Made by a program: the position numbers and the translations under genes. This document shows positions 12,101-18,100 of a stretch of 41,593 bases of DNA, piece by piece; the first letter of the stretch is position 1, and each line of letters starts with the position of its first letter. Below the pieces are notes generated by a model that did no database searches, had not been told where the DNA came from, and saw only the letters and a program-made list of their open reading frames with translations. Origin of the DNA: an uncultured Roseiflexaceae bacterium (GTDB taxonomy: Bacteria; Chloroflexota; Chloroflexia; Chloroflexales; Roseiflexaceae); the NCBI GenBank assembly GCA_903868295.1, contig CAIPUQ010000290.1, positions 1 through 41,593 on the forward strand, given 5' to 3'.

Positions 12101-15100
12101 TTGTTGATGGCATCGTCCAAGCAAGCGCCACTACAACTGCCAGCGGTCCAAGTATCCCAACCAATCCCGAAGAAACACTTGCGTTTGCTACAAGTGTGCA
12201 ATCGAGCAACGACACGAGCGGCGGTTTGTATCCAGCGACAGCAGCACTCGACGGCAATGTGTCAACCTATACCCGCACCCGAACCGAAGCGTACCCATAC
12301 TGGCAAGCAAGTCGCGTTGGGCTCGCCGAACCACAGGTTGTCTTTGATCGCTTTATTCTGCGCAACAGTGGTGTTGCCCTCTTGCCACTCCAGAATTTCT
12401 ATGTATTCGTGATGGATACACCTCTGACTAGCGCAGGCGATGGCAGTATTGCTGCGCTCAAGCAATCAGCGGTTTGGTACACGTATTACTCCGGCACGGT
12501 GTCTGACCGTGCAGTGATTGACCTCCCACCAGGTATAAAAGGATCCACCATTCGCATCGTTGCCGACAATCCAAATGCCGCACTGGCGATCGGTGAGTTC
12601 ATTGCGGTGCGCCTCCCACGGGTCGTCGTCGGCAATGGATTCGTCGGTGTCGTGGATGATGTACGTGTCTACCGTCGCGCACTCAATAGCCAAGATTTGG
12701 CACGGATCCGTGCGATGGCCTGGCGCACCAGCACCCTCGAGCCACAGCTCGATGGGTTTGTGTGGAAGCAGAGCCAATCAGTGGGAATCGAGGCCAGTGC
12801 AAGCTTGCAGAGCATGAGCCAAGACACGAATGGCAACTCGCAACTCTCACAAGGCGAAAAACCACTCTGGGCTGGAAACGTTGATACACTCGCTCCACGA
12901 GTCGTAAAGACTATCAGCGACAAGACGCTATCGGTTACCATTGATGACCGCAACCTCGACATCAGTCAGGTTACTCTGCCATGTGGTGACGCAGACACGC
13001 AATCGCTGCAACGCCCTAACTCACTCTGGTTTTTGCAACACATGAGTGTTTTGGATGGGACATATAGCACCCCCACAAAACTCGAAGCAACATGCCCGAT
13101 TACCGCAGGACCCGAATTCATCCAAACCACTACGCAAGTCGTATCGCCGACATCAGTGTTGGCATACGGAGCCCGCTTTGCCTATCTCGGTGGCATGAAC
13201 TCGCTGTCAGTACTTGATGTCCGCGCCGGTCTTCCACTTATCCAATCGACGATACCGATGCGTGGCAACGTCCAACTGATTACGGTCAACCGTAACAAGA
13301 CGCTCGCATACGTCCTCGGCACGACGGGTACACAATCGTTTCTTTCAATCCTCGACATCGCTTCGAGTCCGCTCGCCCCTACGGTTGTCGGGTTGCTGCA
13401 ACTCGATTTGCCGGCAGGAATAGCCTACACCGCCATGGGTGTATCGACCAACACAGCGGGCGATGCATTTGTCATCTTGATGGACTCTGCAACTCCGCAA
13501 AATATCACGACGATAAACGTGACCGATACCCGCGCTCCGATACGTGGTGCAATAACTAGTATCACGACGGGGGGCATGTATGACTTGGCGGTCTCGGCCG
13601 ATATCGTCGCTACTGCAGCTGGTGAATCAGGAATCGTCCTGTATCGAATCGGCGAAAGCGGTGGATTAACAGCAATCGATCGCATTGCAACGCCAGGATA
13701 CCCACATAAAGTATTCTTCCATGCGAACGATCTGTTTGTCATTGATGATGACGAGGATTATACGGGCAGCGTCGAACCAAGCACCGCAAACACACTACGG
13801 GTCTACCCTGTCATTACAAGCATCGCAGACGGTGAAGCCACGCTGGTTGCTCCGATCATCCAACGGAGTGAATACCAACACACGACACCAATAGATACTG
13901 ACACGCTCGCGTTTTATCGCATGTACGACATCGAGCAATATCACGACAACGAAATCCTCGTGCTGAGCACGAATCTCGACCCCACCACGCATCAACGCGT
14001 TTCGCTTATCGATACTGCACCTGCAACAGCGCGGCTGTTGAGCGACACGCGCATTGCATCTACCGTTCCCGTTGGCCTTGCGTCGAACACAAAAAAACTC
14101 ATCGCAATGACCAAGCAAGGGACGCTCCACCGGCTCTATGGTTTGCAGGTCAACGACACCCGCCAAGACACGACCGCATGCGACCAGCGCAACAACTGCA
14201 CAACGGTAACGTCCAACATCACCAACACGTTGGTGTTAGGCCAAAATCCGCCATTGCAGTCGAGCATTCGTATTCTGAACCAGTCAAATGTGTATGGCTC
14301 GACAGATCAGACTATCCATCTCAGTGCAGAGGCACCGCTGGGGATAAACTCGATTGTTCTGAAGGCAAACAATCAGATTGTGCAAACGATACCGGTTTCT
14401 CCAACACTCACCACCTACGAATCCATGGTTACGCTGGCATTGCCAAGCGGTATCTACACAATGACCGCAGAGTTAACTGACACGCAGCTCGTCACGACAC
14501 AGAGCACGGTACTGAACACAGCAGTCGATACAACTGCGCCTTCCATACGCATCATCGATAGTGTGATTGGCGCATCACAATTCGTCAACGACATGTTTAT
14601 CATCCAAATGGTGATTACCGACGATGTCGGACTTGAGCAGCTCCAGATCATCAACACCTTAACGAACGCCCCCATCCCATTTTCGTCGACGCAACGAACG
14701 TACGACACAACCTGCAGATGTGTAATCACCGACATCAGGACTGCATATAACCGACGTGCGTCGGATGCAACCGGATTACCGATTCGGATGACTGCTATCG
14801 ATCGTGCCGGGCGATCCACGCAACTGACAACCACCATTCTGTTTGACTCGACACCGCCTACCGTTCTCAATCCCGTGTTGAACGCCAACATCGCTGGGGC
14901 AACGACGTCACTGGCTGCGGAGCAAGTTCTCACCAGCAACCCACCGACTGATCTCGCTGTCGCATGGTCGCGTATCACCGACATCTCGAACATCGTGCTG
15001 AATCAGGTCGAATACACGGTACAAACAATCAGCGGGACACGCCAATACACAAATACTGTTCCCGTCAGTGGGCTTTCCGTGCCTGCCGGAAGTACCGCAA

Positions 15101-18100
15101 TTACCAACACGAGTGAAGCAAGCAAAATGACGTTTGCCATGCGCCTTCGGGACGTGTTAGGCAACGAAGGAGTAACCCAACTTCCATCGATATACGTAGA
15201 CACCCCATTAACCCCAGACTATACCGTCGTCGAATCGACTGCGCCGGTGTATCGAGGATTTTTGGGCAATGGGTGTGCAACACTCGGCGAAGATCGTCGT
15301 GCCACAAATCGCGACATCCAACGGTTCGCCATGACCTGGGACACGCAAGCAATCCGCTTGAATTACCAAGGCGCAGACTGGGAATACGATGGTGACCTGT
15401 TTGTCTATCTCGACACCAAGGTCGGCGGGACGGTCAGCAGCTACCGGCCAAGCTCGTACACAAAAACAATCACTGATAGTGTCGCGTTGGGCGAATCGTA
15501 TATCACCCTCCCAGTGAATACCGCAGCGCGCACCATTGCATCATCATCGACACTTGCGTCGTACATCAACACCTTCCAGACGGGGTTAGTAGCGAGTCAA
15601 CGAGGGGTCCGTGCAAACAGCCCGCAAGGTTCGGATTATGTCATCCATGTACAAAATCGTACGGTCGCGCAAATCCTGCGGTGGGACGAGACTGCACGCA
15701 GCTGGATGAATGACGGAGCGGCACCGACTTACCAATTCGTGGATGAATTGGGTATCAAACAAACCGATTTACGCGTTGCATTTGGACAAATCGGATACAC
15801 GACCGGTAATCCATTCGGAGTGATTGCGTACGCGACCGCACCGCAAGGATTTTTGCCATGGGCTACGTTCCCGAGTACCAATCCGATTCGGACCGACCAA
15901 GGGTCTGATTTGATTGCCATCACTCCGATGATCAACGGGTACGGCTGGAGTTCCCTGAACAGTGGCGTTTGTCCAAACACCACGGTAAACAGCCCAGACA
16001 CGACACGTATCAATGCGACACTGCGGAGCACCCCAGGGGGGAGTTACCAGCGTGCAATTGCCGACTCCTATGCAAACACCGAACCAGATGCAATCGTGCA
16101 GATTATCGAAGAAACAGCACAAATCTGTTCCCTTGTGCCGACCAATGGATGGTGCAAACGTGTCGAAGAGTACGCACAAACCAACAGCACGGGTTCTGCT
16201 CTTTTGGATGAGCTATCTAGTGGGTTATTGACCGAGCAATCGCCGGTTGTTGGTGACGGCTCCGTGGTCACCTACACGCTCAGCCTGTCGAACCCGACCA
16301 ACACCCGGTCACGAACCATGTATGCAATTGTCCAAACATATGGTGGTATCTGGTTGACTGAAGGCAACAGCACCGGCGCTGCGCCAATGGCAATCATTGG
16401 TGGTGGGACGTATGACTATCACAGCATCAGTGATCCAACCCTGCGTGACTATCACCTCATCAGAATCAATCCAATCGCTGCGAACTCCAGTTCGACACTC
16501 TCGTTCCGCGGCAGCATCGACCCCAACAAGGCGCAGTCGTCAAGCAGTGATCGTACCAAAACAACAACCATCGCAAAGGTTGAAGTTCGCATAACTGACG
16601 ATGCGACTGCGACTGCAATTAATCGTGCCCGAACGCTCGAGTGGCTGAACGCGGCTGTCGCCATCGATACAGAAGCACCATCAACATTTGCGCCCGATGT
16701 CCAGACGAGCGTGCGGCGCGGAACGACCCGGTTCACAGGCTCGGTCAAAGACATGTCTACCATTCCCTTGGTCGAGTTGCAATACACGACAAATCTACGC
16801 ACAACACCAACACAAATCCAGTGTGGTGCAGCAGTTGTCAGCCGCTGGACTTGTCCCGTTACCATCGCAGCCGGGGTCACGAATGTCTCGTATCGTCTGC
16901 GTGCAAGTGATGCATACGGCCAACAGAGCGATTGGACTGCCTGGTATGGCTCGACGGTCGATGATCAGGCACCGTCGTTCAATTTTGATGCGCAAACAGA
17001 CGCTATGGTGAATGCAGCATATGTCGGCGGCACCACCATTGCCATCAATGGATTTATCACTGACACGCTCAGCACCGCAACGGTTCGCGTCTGCGACGAA
17101 AGTCTCGGTACGTGTGCTGATGCTTCAAGCGCAACCATCACACCGTCGACTCTTGCCCCAATTGTCACATCTGCTTCTCCAAATCAGATTGTGAACGCAG
17201 CACCATGCGCAACCACAGACTTCAGCGAATACGACACCATGGAGATTTCACAGACGAGTGCAGGCAGTACCGATCGTATCGCCAGCCTGAGTGTCGCGGT
17301 CAATGCAACCAGCGTAGCTGTTGAGACCCTCAACCTGTGGCTGCAGTCACCCTCCGGCACGATTGTCCCGCTACTCACGTCCCGCCGTTCAGCAGGTACC
17401 AACCTGCGTGCGGTGTTCGGCGATGAACACATTGCCACCACGGACATACTGACAGGGACAATCGAAATGGCCTCAGACCCCATCTCCGTCCATCCAGATG
17501 GTCAGCTCAGCACATTGATCGGGGAACCCGTCAATGGCGTGTGGAACTTAATCGCCTGCGACCAGGTCGGCGACAGTATCCAATCCACCGTTGCTGATTG
17601 GGCTATTTCGTTCATCCCGGCAGCACCATTCACGAGCACCAACACACCATGGAACTACACACTCCAAAAGACTGCCAACATTGATAACGCACTCCGCGTG
17701 CTCAACATTCGCGGCATTGACGCATCAAGCAACTCGAGCACGACACGTTCGTTGACGCTACGGATCGACACCCGTGCACCAAGTCTCATGGTTACGCAAC
17801 GGGCCACCACAATCCTCAAGGGGACGAGCGCCATCTTGTTTGATGGAACAGTCAACGAAGGGGGAACGCTCCGTTCACTCTCCGCGAACATCTATGACGC
17901 GACGAGTCTTGTTGCAACCGAGTTGATACCGGTGGTAGAGGATGAAAGTACGGAACTTGACCGCCTTTCATTCCTGCATGGCAAAGCCATTCGTACCGCA
18001 TCGTGGGAGCTGCCATTTGACACGGCAACGCTCAGTACCGGCACCTACAAGATCCAGTTCATCGCCATCGATGTGGCAGGCAACCAGACAACAAGTGATG

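Larger units (their letters stand above)
4753..12708 (+). other. Array of ~9 LamG / concanavalin-A-like (Laminin_G_3-type) jelly-roll domains, interspersed with other modules
   Basis: Recurrent pattern: F(D/N/T)G...L, then W.H(L/V)A, then (I/L)YV(D/N)G, then l.iG, then a terminal G.(I/L)DD(V/I/F).(V/I/L)(Y/S). Terminal strands include GGIDDVAVYQIALRPTEV (~5220), GSLRDIQIQSRSLSAQQL (~6090), MNLDAFRLYRTAVSDATI (~6645), GLMRNFEIHTAALTPSQI (~7840), GELDDITISS (~8535), GGIDDITLTPS (~9270), GSLDDFILSS (~10830), GGMVDDLAVFSQALTTPNM (~11590) and VGVVDDVRVYRRALNSQDL (~12650). Confidence 0.75.

Noticed and set aside
17191-17613. A subtilisin/kexin-type protease implied by the P-domain.
   Set aside because: No subtilase D/H/S motif blocks or other peptidase signatures are seen in the about 5,600 aa upstream or the about 580 aa downstream.
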